Source: a virus
Taxonomy: Duplodnaviria > Caudoviricetes
IMG/VR virus record: IMGVR_UViG_3300030104_006170
DNA: 64,000 nt
Strand: one strand, 5' to 3'
The position numbers and the translations under genes were made by a program. How positions within the stretch are numbered: the first letter of the stretch is position 1; the number at the start of each line of letters is the position of its first letter. The notes below the pieces were generated by a model. That model had not been told where the DNA came from and did no database searches. It saw only the letters and a list, made by a program, of their open reading frames with translations. This document shows positions 10,225-21,000 of the stretch, piece after piece.

Positions 10225-10689
10225 TTAATCTTGCGACCTTAACTTTAGTAGGAGTTTTCTAAGGTCTTGTTTGGTAAACTTTGACTCTTTTATGGTAGGT
10301 TTAATTACTTTTTTCTTTTTAATTACCGGTGTTTCGTTATTAATTTTTACGTTTACCTTAGCTTTATTTTCTTTAATAATATTGTTTGAGGGTTGTTTTA
10401 CTTCTACTGTTATACTTTTTGACTTTTTAAGTTCAAAATCAGAATTCCAAGGATTAAAGTACATATCATCAGCAATAACTTCTAATTTCATCTCACCACC
10501 TTCATTTAACATATTTAATTTTGGTAGATTGATTCTACAATTACCATCAGAAGTAATTTCACCATTAAAGACTAGATTTAAGTCGTTACCTTCTAAGATA
10601 ACTCTTGCGAATGCCTGAGAAAGACTAGCTCCTTCTAGTTGGATGTCACATTCGAATATGTTTTGTTTGTCGGAATATAAAGTATACAT
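10225..10689 (-). CDS. hypothetical protein (beta-rich N-terminal domain, basic tail)
   Basis: ORF in the structural cluster; TATTTAT at 10706-10712. Confidence 0.6.
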   Translation of the reverse strand: MYTLYSDKQNIFECDIQLEGASLSQAFARVILEGNDLNLVFNGEITSDGNCRINLPKLNMLNEGGEMKLEVIADDMYFNPWNSDFELKKSKSITVEVKQPSNNIIKENKAKVNVKINNETPVIKKKKVIKPTIKESKFTKQDLRKLLLKLRSQD

Positions 10690-11013
10690 TTATTTTTCTT
10701 TATTAATAAATATACTGATTTCTGGCTTTTCCAGGAATTTCTCTATTATTTTGAAGTCACCAGCTCTTACTCTAATGTCTGGTCTAAAATATTTAGTCTC
10801 CTCATACTCCTCACCTTTAATCTTACATAATAATTTTATAAACTTTTGTTGTGTTTTTTTATCTTTATCACGTAATCTTTTAAATTGTTCACTATACCCA
10901 CCACCTTGTATTGCTGGTATTACAACTTCTATGAGTAAACATATCTCAGACCAAGTAAAATCAGTTTTGTCCCATCTAATATCTCCCTCTTCCCACGTAA
11001 TACAATCACTCAT
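10690..11013 (-). CDS. hypothetical protein
   Basis: Abutting ORF in operon; W-rich N-terminus. Confidence 0.55.
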   Translation of the reverse strand: MSDCITWEEGDIRWDKTDFTWSEICLLIEVVIPAIQGGGYSEQFKRLRDKDKKTQQKFIKLLCKIKGEEYEETKYFRPDIRVRAGDFKIIEKFLEKPEISIFINKEK

Positions 11014-11194
11014 CTTTTTTATCTTTTTTAAACCAGTAGTCTATTACATTCTGAAAAGAACTTAAAAACCCACCTATAATAATAAACAAAAGGTCACGGG
11101 TTGTCCCCATGACCTCTTGAGTAAACACAAAATAAATTAGAGCAGCGAATAAAGCTAAAAATATTATTGTTATTATAGTTCTAGCTAAATCCAT
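11006..11194 (-). CDS. small two-TM membrane protein (holin-like)
   Basis: Two hydrophobic helices and a charged C-terminus KKDKKDE. Confidence 0.55.
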   Translation of the reverse strand: MDLARTIITIIFLALFAALIYFVFTQEVMGTTRDLLFIIIGGFLSSFQNVIDYWFKKDKKDE

Positions 11195-11200
11195 TTTAAT

Positions 11201-11359
11201 TTACATTTTACATCTTGTACTGCATTTATATGCCATGTAAGCTACAATTAGAGCTGCTGGAATAGCCACCATCCAATCACTTTTAGCAAATTCCCAACCA
11301 GCAAAACCCGCTAGTAAGTAAGTACCATAACATTTTAAACATTTTAATCCTTTTTCCAT
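11201..11359 (-). CDS. 52-aa membrane peptide with Cys pairs at both ends
   Basis: Hand-translated MEKGLKCLKCYGTYLLAGFAGWEFAKSDWMVAIPAALIVAYMAYKCSTRCKM; fills the gap in the operon. Confidence 0.5.
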   Translation of the reverse strand: MEKGLKCLKCYGTYLLAGFAGWEFAKSDWMVAIPAALIVAYMAYKCSTRCKM

Positions 11360-11363
11360 AATT

Positions 11364-13769
11364 TTAAAAATTAGTTTTTAACGAAATTATCACATTTCTA
11401 CCAGGAGCTGAAATACCTGAAGCGAATGTTCTGTAATGTTGGTCTAATATATTTTCTAGACCAAGCTGTAGTTTAAGGTTTTCATTAAATTCATACTGTA
11501 AAGACATATTTAATGTCCACCATGATGGGAACCCCTCTATGGTCCCTAAATCATCATTGTCTACCCCACTAGAATTCATATCCTCAATATCTTTACCTAA
11601 AGTGTATATACCCCAAATTTTATATTCTATTTTATCTTTTTTAAATCTTAATAAAGATTTATTAAAAGCTGGAGGAATATGACCTAAAGGTTCTTCATTA
11701 GACACATCCCAACCTTTCTGCCATGTAAATGACTCCTCAAAAAATAACCATGGAGTTATTTTTGATTTCAAACCTAGAGACCAACCATATATATAAGCTT
11801 CAGGTGAATTCATTAGAGTCTGAACATTAACTTCTTCATACTCATAGAATTCGGTATACCCTAAATCTTTTTTAACAATAACATCTTGTAAATGAGTGTA
11901 ATAAAAGTTACTAGTTACTTGTAGGTTTTCCCATTTTTTAGTAATACTCATCTCTCCATTATACGCATACTCTGGAGTTAAGTCTGGGTTAGGTATTACC
12001 ATATCACCCCTTTTTACAAATACTTTTCCGTAATCATCTATGTTAGGTGCTCTAAATCCTGAAGATGCGACCCAATCAAATTTCCAGGTGTTTGTGGGTT
12101 TATATATTAGGTTAACATTACCTGTGAGTGCTCCATTATTAAATTTAATATGGTCCGTAACAAATACTGGGTCTGTTTCATTAAATAACATTTCTCCAAA
12201 TACTTGGGAGTATCTTGCACCTACATTCCATACAAAGTATTCGTTAACTTCTTTTTTATAAGAACCGTATAAAGCAGCTGTAGATAATCTACTTCCACCT
12301 GATGGGTACCTTGTTTGTGTACCTTCAGTTGCTGTTGAAAGGATATTATTATTTGTTAGTTCTAAACCATAAACTAACTTACCTAATGTGAAATCCCAAT
12401 TCAAACTTGTTACGTGAGCATCTATATATGTATTATTGTATTCCTCTGATTGGAATTTTCTAGTAATTCTATCTTCCTCTATAAATTGATATGCTACTGT
12501 TAGATTACTTCCGTCAAAAAATTTACTATCCTTATATGAGTTAATATCTAATGATGACATTAATCTTGTTTGTGGTCCGTATGACCATTCACTCCATTTT
12601 AATTCTCCATTTGTATAGTCTTGTAAGTTATCGTATCTTGGAATATTAGATGTTGTTGAAAATTGGTTGTTAAGTCTAATAAAAATATTTTCGTTTGCTC
12701 TCCATGAGGTGTTATTTAATATATCTACTTGTTTATAACCGGTACCTACTTGAATGTTTGGGTCTTCATTAACTACCATTTCATCGTTGTCCACATAGTG
12801 TGTTATTAAACCCCAATCATTGTATCCATGTTGTCTCCATTTACCCATCCTTAAATCTCCAAATTGTTTAACGGTAACAGATAAAAAATTAGCAACTTTA
12901 TCCCAACCTATATTATTACTAACATGAAAAGAGTATTCATCTGCCGCAGTCCCAAATCTAACTTCAGCATTTGTCTTATAAAAAGTTTTATCGTTTTTAC
13001 TAAACTCTGGTTTTTTAGTGTAAAAATGTACAACCCCTCCTAAAGCATCACTACCATATATTGTTGATGATGGTCCAAAAACTACTTCTACTATTTCTAA
13101 AGCATTTGGGTCAACAGTTATACTATTTTGTACGTGACCTGAACGATATATTGCATTGTTCATTCTAACACCATCAACTACTAGTAAAACTCTATTTGCT
13201 TCAAACCCTCTTATTATGGGTGAACCCCCACCTAGTTGAGATTTTTGAATAGTAACTCCTTGGGTTACTGTCAATAGGTCAGCTGTAGTAGATGCATTTG
13301 TATTTTTAATTTGTTTAATATCCACTGATTGGATTTGGTAGGCTACATTCTCTCTTTTTTCTCTAAATTTACTAGCTGATATAACTACATCATCTAAATA
13401 TTGTGTGTTTTGGTGTAGTAATATTACATAATCTTTTTGAGCCATTTCATTTTTAGTTATTCTTCTTGTTTCATAACCAATGAATGAAATTTCTAACAAT
13501 ATGTTATCTGGAAATTGTGATAAGTCTGCTTGACCCTTTATGTCAGTAGTTGTTCCTTTTCTAATAGAATCTTTATATGTAACATTACTACCTTCACTAA
13601 TCAATAATTGTTTTGTTACTATATTCGCAAATGGTATTGGTTCTAATGTTTGTTGGTCTTTTAAGGTTAACGTTTGTGCTAAACCTTTACCTGAACCCAA
13701 TATTAGTAAAAAGAGGATTAATAAGTAACCCCCAAATAATTTTAATTGTATTTTTGTCATTTCACTCAT
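11364..13769 (-). CDS. TonB-dependent outer-membrane receptor (Bacteroidetes type, haem/haemoglobin-receptor-like)
   Basis: Signal peptide, carboxypeptidase-regulatory-like N-domain (EPIPFANI), plug motif RGFEANRVLLVVDGVRMNNA, IEVVFGPSSTIYGSDALGGVV, terminal GLENILDQHY...GRN...F. Confidence 0.92.
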   Translation of the reverse strand: MSEMTKIQLKLFGGYLLILFLLILGSGKGLAQTLTLKDQQTLEPIPFANIVTKQLLISEGSNVTYKDSIRKGTTTDIKGQADLSQFPDNILLEISFIGYETRRITKNEMAQKDYVILLHQNTQYLDDVVISASKFREKRENVAYQIQSVDIKQIKNTNASTTADLLTVTQGVTIQKSQLGGGSPIIRGFEANRVLLVVDGVRMNNAIYRSGHVQNSITVDPNALEIVEVVFGPSSTIYGSDALGGVVHFYTKKPEFSKNDKTFYKTNAEVRFGTAADEYSFHVSNNIGWDKVANFLSVTVKQFGDLRMGKWRQHGYNDWGLITHYVDNDEMVVNEDPNIQVGTGYKQVDILNNTSWRANENIFIRLNNQFSTTSNIPRYDNLQDYTNGELKWSEWSYGPQTRLMSSLDINSYKDSKFFDGSNLTVAYQFIEEDRITRKFQSEEYNNTYIDAHVTSLNWDFTLGKLVYGLELTNNNILSTATEGTQTRYPSGGSRLSTAALYGSYKKEVNEYFVWNVGARYSQVFGEMLFNETDPVFVTDHIKFNNGALTGNVNLIYKPTNTWKFDWVASSGFRAPNIDDYGKVFVKRGDMVIPNPDLTPEYAYNGEMSITKKWENLQVTSNFYYTHLQDVIVKKDLGYTEFYEYEEVNVQTLMNSPEAYIYGWSLGLKSKITPWLFFEESFTWQKGWDVSNEEPLGHIPPAFNKSLLRFKKDKIEYKIWGIYTLGKDIEDMNSSGVDNDDLGTIEGFPSWWTLNMSLQYEFNENLKLQLGLENILDQHYRTFASGISAPGRNVIISLKTNF

Positions 13770-13793
13770 TTATAAGTGTATTTGTGATTTAAG

Positions 13794-14285
13794 TTATTTA
13801 CCCATGTTAAATCCTACCATAATAGATATTCTAGCTCCTGAATCTTCGTCTTCACCCCAAACACTACCATTTGGGACAAATGCTAAATTTACAGGAAAGT
13901 TTAAGTCTCCTGATTTGAAGTTTTTACCTATTGTAAATACCATATTGATTCCTGTCGCGGATAGATTTGGTCCTACAGCGTATTCCATTCCTTCCCCAGT
14001 TCTCACACCAACTAAAGATGATATAGATGGTAGAAACATTTGTCTTTCCATTCCTCCCACAACTACAACCCACTCTACTAATCCCGCAATATCTCCGTTG
14101 TCAGCAAATCTACTTTCCCATTGCCAACCATACTGTGTAATCATACTAGTTTCTAATTCATCAGCCATGAATCCTGGCGTTAAAAAGGTAAGTCCAACTC
14201 TAGGTCCCGCTAATCTATCTATTTGTTGGGAGTGGCTTACTAAAGAGCATAAAATTAATAATGTTATTAATAGTATATTTTTCAT
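13794..14285 (-). CDS. exported protein, probable small beta-barrel outer-membrane protein
   Basis: Signal peptide MKNILLITLL..SHSQ; alternating beta strands; C-terminal ISIMVGFNMGK. Confidence 0.6.
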   Translation of the reverse strand: MKNILLITLLILCSLVSHSQQIDRLAGPRVGLTFLTPGFMADELETSMITQYGWQWESRFADNGDIAGLVEWVVVVGGMERQMFLPSISSLVGVRTGEGMEYAVGPNLSATGINMVFTIGKNFKSGDLNFPVNLAFVPNGSVWGEDEDSGARISIMVGFNMGK

Positions 14286-15620
14286 TTATCTTGTTTTAAA
14301 TATTTTTTTATTATTAATAATATACATACCTGTTGGTAAGTCAACAAAATCACATTTCCATTCTCTCCCTAACACATCAAATATTCTGTTATCTTTTTGT
14401 TCAATATAATTAAATTCACCTAAACCAACGGTAAAGTTTCCTGTTTCAAATTTAATTTCTTCTTCACTGGTAAATGTACCACCTTGTGTTACTATATTAC
14501 CTAAAGCATCTGTTACTATATAACTTCCATTCCCATAACTACAACACATACCATCACCATATGAGTCTTCTATCTTAAATGTTACACAAGTATTAGGTGG
14601 TATTGTACCCACTACTGGAGTTTGAGGTGTAGTTCCGTTTGATGATAGGTCATTGTAGGGACCACCATTCATATATGTAACACTACCATCACCTATAGAC
14701 CATGTTGTTTCAGACCCATATCTATCCGTTATTATAGTCACTGTTAACTCTGTATTTATATTAGTTAAAGGTGCAATTACCTCAATATCTTCTTCATCCC
14801 CATTAGGTCTTGTATCTAGTAATCCGTTTGGTAATGTTACTTTAGCTTTCCAAGTTCCTGGTGTTGTTATTAAGTAATTAATTGTAGTTAATGTATGTCC
14901 AAATGGTTGTAGACTTCCTTGCCATTGTTGGGTGTGAACTAAAGTTCCGTTTGGGTCTCTTAACTCTAATGTAGCTGATGTTAAATTAGCGTAAGCACTA
15001 GCATTATATATTTCAACTTCTGGTTCATTACCTGATGGACATATTTTCATACCATGATGTAATAATAGGGTAGCGTCGTCATTTTGCCATTGAAACGATT
15101 GGGAACAATTTACTACCTCATTCCAAAATACCCATTTCTCATTTCTTTGAATCTCTGGTGCTATACCAGTACCACAGTGTAAAAATAATGTAGGATAACC
15201 TGGAAAAGTATAGTTACTAGCTACTGAACTACCTTGACTGTTTGGACCAATTATTGGGTATGGTGTACCTATAACCCAATTGCCTTGTGAACCACCACCA
15301 CCATTTAATAAAGATACTGAAGAACCAGCATCTCCATCTATAAAGAATACCATAAATTCGTCCGTCCCATCAGGACCAAAGTCATGGTATAACTCTTCCA
15401 TCACCCCACCAGTATGCCAAGACCAACAAGGTCCACACCAATGAGCTGATATATCTACTAATGTTGCTTTATTTGTGTAATTAGATAAATCATAAGAAAC
15501 TCCATTCATATCTGAAGCAGTCCATGTTTGTGCATTACATTTATTAATCAAAAATATGGATAGTATTGTTATGAAGGATAAAGTACACAGTATTTTAAAA
15601 ATTTCGTTTTCGTATTTCAT
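14286..15620 (-). CDS. secreted thioredoxin-like (WCGPC) protein with T9SS type-A C-terminal sorting domain
   Basis: Signal peptide; SAHWCGPCW; YGDGMCCSYGNG module; C-terminus RIFDVLGRE...LPTGMYIINNKKIFK. Confidence 0.8.
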   Translation of the reverse strand: MKYENEIFKILCTLSFITILSIFLINKCNAQTWTASDMNGVSYDLSNYTNKATLVDISAHWCGPCWSWHTGGVMEELYHDFGPDGTDEFMVFFIDGDAGSSVSLLNGGGGSQGNWVIGTPYPIIGPNSQGSSVASNYTFPGYPTLFLHCGTGIAPEIQRNEKWVFWNEVVNCSQSFQWQNDDATLLLHHGMKICPSGNEPEVEIYNASAYANLTSATLELRDPNGTLVHTQQWQGSLQPFGHTLTTINYLITTPGTWKAKVTLPNGLLDTRPNGDEEDIEVIAPLTNINTELTVTIITDRYGSETTWSIGDGSVTYMNGGPYNDLSSNGTTPQTPVVGTIPPNTCVTFKIEDSYGDGMCCSYGNGSYIVTDALGNIVTQGGTFTSEEEIKFETGNFTVGLGEFNYIEQKDNRIFDVLGREWKCDFVDLPTGMYIINNKKIFKTR

Positions 15621-15629
15621 AGTTTTATA

Positions 15630-15719
15630 TTATTTAGTTAACTCATATAAAAACATAGCTAATAAAAGGGGTACACCTGTTAATAATAATGTTGTTATAA
15701 TTGTTTTGATTATTCTCAT
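15630..15719 (-). CDS. 29-aa single-TM micropeptide
   Basis: Hand-translated MRIIKTIITTLLLTGVPLLLAMFLYELTK; ATGA overlap with the upstream stop. Confidence 0.5.
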   Translation of the reverse strand: MRIIKTIITTLLLTGVPLLLAMFLYELTK

Positions 15720-17056
15720 AATTTATATTTAATCCCTATGGTAGTTCTATAATCTTGGACTCCGTAATAGTTAGATATTTGTCCGGAAAGAGCTACAGAA
15801 AACTTTTTACCTAATTTAAGTCCTGCTTCAATCCCTCCATCATATTCAAATACATCTTCGGTTGGTGCCCAATCAGCTTCCATACCAAATGCTTTTATTT
15901 CTACATCATTACCTGACGTAATAAATTCAACTGCAGGTACTTGTATGTCTCTTGGGTATGGATAAAAGTTGGCCCATACATTAATAAAATATAATTCTGA
16001 TTCAGAGAATAAGTCAACACCTAATACTGGTGAACCTGTCCATGCCCAAATTCTTTTCTTAGCATTATAGGTATTGGTGATGTATGGTTCATTTAATACT
16101 GGGTCTAATATCTCTGTATATGTCCCCACTAGTTCATCATTTTCCCATTCATTATTTCCATTAAAATCATAAAATACATTTTGTGCGGATGATTCCGTAT
16201 CCCAGTATGATTTTTCATAGAATGAAATAAATTCGTCTGTATAAGCTGCCCATGGTGTCCCTCTCACATTATAACCAAAAGTAAAGTTAACATTTTGATT
16301 TACTCTATATAAAATTCTGACTCCTCCTCTCACATACTCTTGATTGGAACCGTAGTCTTCTACCAGTGCATTAATCCTTCTTCTGTGGTCCCCTTCTATC
16401 CAAAAACCATATCTGGTAAAAATTTTAGTATATCTTGCATATTGTCTTTCTTCTCTATATTCTCTACCATCTACTCTGATAAAATCCCAGGTAATTCTGT
16501 ATTGCATTCCTTGCATATTAAAAGCGTGGGATTCTTTTTCTTCATCTTTCTTTAAATCTTCTTCCTTTCTTCCAAAAATATTTTCTGGACAAGTTAAACA
16601 ACTCTCACTAGCTTTTTTTCTTATACCAAATGAATATGAATAGTCATCTTGTATATCAAGGTCCGCAAAATCTTTAGGTCTAGCTATAAAACCACCAAAT
16701 GATAATTCTATACCTTCAAAAAGATTTTTCTTACCCCAATCTATTAAATCTTTTTGTGTTATCTTTTTTAAATCTATATTATCCCATTTTACCTCTTTTT
16801 TAAGTTCACTTAAAGTTGGCATTCGTAATTGTGTTTGTAGTCTTAATGTATCTGTTTTTTTACGGTCTTTTTGACATCTTGTATATTCTTTATAACATGT
16901 AAAAAAGTTTGATAATTCCTCTGAGTTTACATAGTCCCCAATATATCTATACTTTGTTTTATCCCATTCTGGTAATCTAGGTTCTTCACAATCCTGACTA
17001 AAACTTGGGAATGTAAGTAAGGGTAATAATGTTAATATTAATAATAATTTTTTCAT
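15716..17056 (-). CDS. exported protein, probable beta-barrel outer-membrane protein
   Basis: Signal peptide; aromatic-rich alternating strands; C-terminal YRTTIGIKYKL. Confidence 0.65.
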   Translation of the reverse strand: MKKLLLILTLLPLLTFPSFSQDCEEPRLPEWDKTKYRYIGDYVNSEELSNFFTCYKEYTRCQKDRKKTDTLRLQTQLRMPTLSELKKEVKWDNIDLKKITQKDLIDWGKKNLFEGIELSFGGFIARPKDFADLDIQDDYSYSFGIRKKASESCLTCPENIFGRKEEDLKKDEEKESHAFNMQGMQYRITWDFIRVDGREYREERQYARYTKIFTRYGFWIEGDHRRRINALVEDYGSNQEYVRGGVRILYRVNQNVNFTFGYNVRGTPWAAYTDEFISFYEKSYWDTESSAQNVFYDFNGNNEWENDELVGTYTEILDPVLNEPYITNTYNAKKRIWAWTGSPVLGVDLFSESELYFINVWANFYPYPRDIQVPAVEFITSGNDVEIKAFGMEADWAPTEDVFEYDGGIEAGLKLGKKFSVALSGQISNYYGVQDYRTTIGIKYKL

Positions 17057-17060
17057 AAAT

Positions 17061-17444
17061 TTACTTAGTTATATCGTGACCACCTAATGCTTTAATTTGT
17101 AATTCTATCTTTTTAAACTCCACATCAATTTCTTTAGTTATCCCAAATACTTTATCCTCTAATGTATTAATTGTCTTAATTTTTTTATTAAGTCTTTCTT
17201 CTACTACTTGAATTTCGGCTTCTAATTTTTCTTCTAGTGTTACAAATTTTTCTAAAACCATTTTAGTTTCTCCCTCAAAATCTTCATCAAATGATTTTTG
17301 TTTTTCTTCAAATATATATATTTGATTTTTCATTGTTTGAAACTCACCATATATAATACCTAATGTGAATACAAACCCTATTAGTGTTAACCACATTTGT
17401 GGGTCAATCTTTTGTAAAAATCCTTCTTTTTCTTTTCCTGCCAT
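17061..17444 (-). CDS. membrane-anchored coiled-coil protein
   Basis: One TM (MWLTLIGFVFTLGIIYG) followed by heptad-rich region. Confidence 0.55.
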   Translation of the reverse strand: MAGKEKEGFLQKIDPQMWLTLIGFVFTLGIIYGEFQTMKNQIYIFEEKQKSFDEDFEGETKMVLEKFVTLEEKLEAEIQVVEERLNKKIKTINTLEDKVFGITKEIDVEFKKIELQIKALGGHDITK

Positions 17445-17450
17445 AGTATT

Positions 17451-18047
17451 TTATCTTTCTAGTGTTAATTCCCTGTATTGGTAGTGTTCTCCTGTTAATT
17501 CTATCTCATTATCATATCTTCTCACATTTTCTAACACCCATTTATTAGTTGTCTTATAAGTTGTTATCCATTCTTCATTTTCTAAACCTAAAAAATAATT
17601 TGCTGGAACGTATAAATATTCAAATGGTGTCACATTACATAAAGGTTTTTCTGCTCTCCAGTTCCACCCTAGTGTTGATGAATCTTGGAGTTGTGAGTTG
17701 TGATTGTCACCCCATCTCATAGTTGATGGGTAACCCTCAGCTCTGGTACCATATATTAAATCAAAATTAGCTATAGAATCAAAAGATACAGTCCCCACAT
17801 CAAAAGTAGAATCATTTACGTATTCCACCCATGCGGATACGTCTAATCTAAACCCCTCTTCTAACATATAGAATTTAGTTATGTTCCATTGACCACTAAT
17901 TTCAGTTGGGTCTACAGCTGTGGGTAGTTGAAATGGTTCTATGGGTTCTTTTTCACAAGAAGCCATTATCAAAATCCAAAATAGTAACATAAAACCAAGA
18001 TAAATCTTAGTTAGGTTACCTCTAACAAATGAATTTACCTTTTTCAT
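17451..18047 (-). CDS. lipoprotein (lipocalin-like)
   Basis: Lipobox IMAS-C followed by EKEP; ISGQWNIT lipocalin-like motif. Confidence 0.65.
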   Translation of the reverse strand: MKKVNSFVRGNLTKIYLGFMLLFWILIMASCEKEPIEPFQLPTAVDPTEISGQWNITKFYMLEEGFRLDVSAWVEYVNDSTFDVGTVSFDSIANFDLIYGTRAEGYPSTMRWGDNHNSQLQDSSTLGWNWRAEKPLCNVTPFEYLYVPANYFLGLENEEWITTYKTTNKWVLENVRRYDNEIELTGEHYQYRELTLER

Positions 18048-21000
18048 TGTTTAATAACTTTGTGATTAATTATAATACCTTTAAAAGTAATTCTTAAATC
18101 ATATATCCCTTGAGAGAAATTACTCATGTCTATTTCTTGAGCATTTTCTTTATGAATAATATGATTCCCAAGCAAATCATAAACGTCAACATTTATTTCA
18201 TTTTTACTTTTAATATGTACTTTATCCCTTGTAGGGTTAGGGTAGACTAGTATTTGGTCTCTACCCACCATATCATCTAAACTAAGTGGTGTTCCAAATT
18301 CACAATAATCATATTGTGATTGACAGAAACCATCCCAAGTATTATTTAAACAATACGGGTCTACTTCATAAACTACCCAAGCGTAACAACTATCATTTAA
18401 CCAATATGGATTTCCTGCTCCAGTTACCGTAGTTAAGTCATAGTATAAACAACTACCATCATCTGTGTTTGCCAATGGGTCAAAATTGTCTACCATTACC
18501 GTACTAAATCCTGGTAAATAGTTAGGGTAGGTTGTATATAAATATCCTTGAAAGTCGTACTCATCTGTACACCCATAAACTGTGGCTATACAAGTACCGT
18601 TATCTACGTTAGCTACTGGGTCATAATTAAATGCTGTTGAGTCCGTACAACCAAACACTTGTGATATACAAGGGTCAGATACATCTGTTGCTGATACTTG
18701 GTTTGTATTTGCTGTTGCATCATAATTAAGTGCTGGTAACCCATCTCCATTAAAGTCATTTCCTTGACCATCATCCATACATCCATATATGAATGGTACA
18801 CATGAGTTAGCTGGTTGAGTGTTGGCTAGTGGGTTGTAGTTAAACATTGTAGTATCCATACATCCATATATAAAAGGAATACACGAATTGTTATCCACAT
18901 TAGCTAAAGGGTCATAATTAAACATTGTAGGGTCCATACATCCAAATACTTTTGTTATACACGAACCATCTTCTGTATTAGCTAATGGATTATAATTAAG
19001 AGCTGGTAGTCCATCTCCATCATAATCTATGACTATACCGTCATCCATACACCCATATACAACTGCTATACAACTACCATCATCGAGGTTAGCTAATGGG
19101 TCATAATTAAACGATATTGGATTCATACATCCGTATACTGCTAAGTCTATACAACTCCCATCATCATAATCTGCCGTAAATCCTTGAGTCCAGAATTGTA
19201 GGTATAGTGGGTCTGTACAACCTGGATTGTAATAACACGAACCATCTAAGGTATTTGCTAAGGGATTGTAGTTTGAAGCTGTGACATCAGTACAACCATA
19301 AATAAAAGGTATACAAGTACCGTTATCAGTGTTTGCTGCTGGATTATAGTTCCACATAGTTGTGTCCATACATCCATAAACAAAAGGAATACAACTACCG
19401 TCAGCTAAATTAGCCAATGAATTATAATTAAATTGTGTTGGGTCCATACATCCGTATATAACTGAGTCTACACATGAACCATTATCGTAATCAGCTGTAA
19501 ACCCTTGTGTCCAGAATTGGATGAAGTTAGGGTCCGTACATCCAGGTGCGTAGTAACATGAACCATCTTCAGTGTTTGCTAATGGATTGTAGTTCGATGC
19601 TGCATTGTCTGTACAACCATATACAAATGGTTCACAAGTACCATTATCAGTATTAGCTGTAGCATCATAATTAAACATTGTAGTATCCATACAACCGTAA
19701 ATGTAAGGTACACAACTATTATCCGAAAGATTAGCTAATGGATTATAATTAAATTGACTAGGGTCCATACACCCATAAACAACGGAATCTAAACAAGACC
19801 CATCGTCATAATCGGCGGTAAACCCTTGATTCCAAAACTGAATAAAATTAGGGTCTGTACAACCTGGTGCGTAATAACAGGAGTTATCACTAGTATTAGC
19901 TGTAGGGTCATAGTTAGAAGCGTTTACATCTGTACATCCATATATAAATGGGGTACAAGTACCATTATCTACATTAGCTAAAGGATTGTAATTAAACATG
20001 GTTGAGTCCATACAACCATATAATATAGGTATACAAGAACCGTCATCAGTGTTAGCATTTGCATCGTAATTAAGTGCTGTAGGGTCGGTACAACCAAGAA
20101 TGGTAGATATACAGTTTGATGGTGTATATTCTGCATTAGCAAGTGGGTCATAATTAAATGCAGTTACATCCATACAGCCATATATGAACGGTATACAAGA
20201 ACCATTATCTATATTAGCTAAAGAATCGTAATTAAACATGGTTGGGTCGGTACAACCGTATACTACAGAATCAAGACAACTTCCATCATCATAATCTGCA
20301 ACAAATCCTTGAGTGTAGAACTGTATAAAATTATTGTCCGTACATCCTGGATTATAATAACAACTATTATCGTTAGTATTTGCTAACGCGTTAAAATTGG
20401 CAGCTAAATTATCTGTACAACCGTATATAAATGGAATACATGTTCCATTATCTGTATTTGCTAAAGAGTTATAGTTCCACATAGTTGAGTCCGTACACCC
20501 GTTAATTACTGGTATACAACTATTATCGTTAGTGTTTACATCAATATAAGGATTCCCTGTAAGTGGTATAAAATTAAATGCTGTAGGGTCTGTACATCCA
20601 AGAATTGTAGGAATACAAGGGTTAGCTGAATCTGTAGCAGAAGTCCAGTTTACAGTTGCATAACTATTATAGTTAAATGCTGTTGAGTCTGTACATCCAA
20701 ATTCTGCTAGTGTTAAACAACTTCCATCATCAAAGTCAGCTACAAATCCTTGAGTATGGTATTCTAAATACGCAGGACTTGTACAACCTGGATTATAATA
20801 ACAACTCCCATCATCAGTATTAACGGTAGGGTTGTAATTAAATGCTGTACTATCCATACATCCTAGTATAACAGGAATACAATTATTACCACAATCTTGT
20901 AGTGTGGTGTAGTTAAAAGGATAGGGTATAATCGCGTCCGTCCAAGGGTTACTTCCAACTGAGAATGTGGTAGTACCCACAGGATTTATTAACTGAACAC

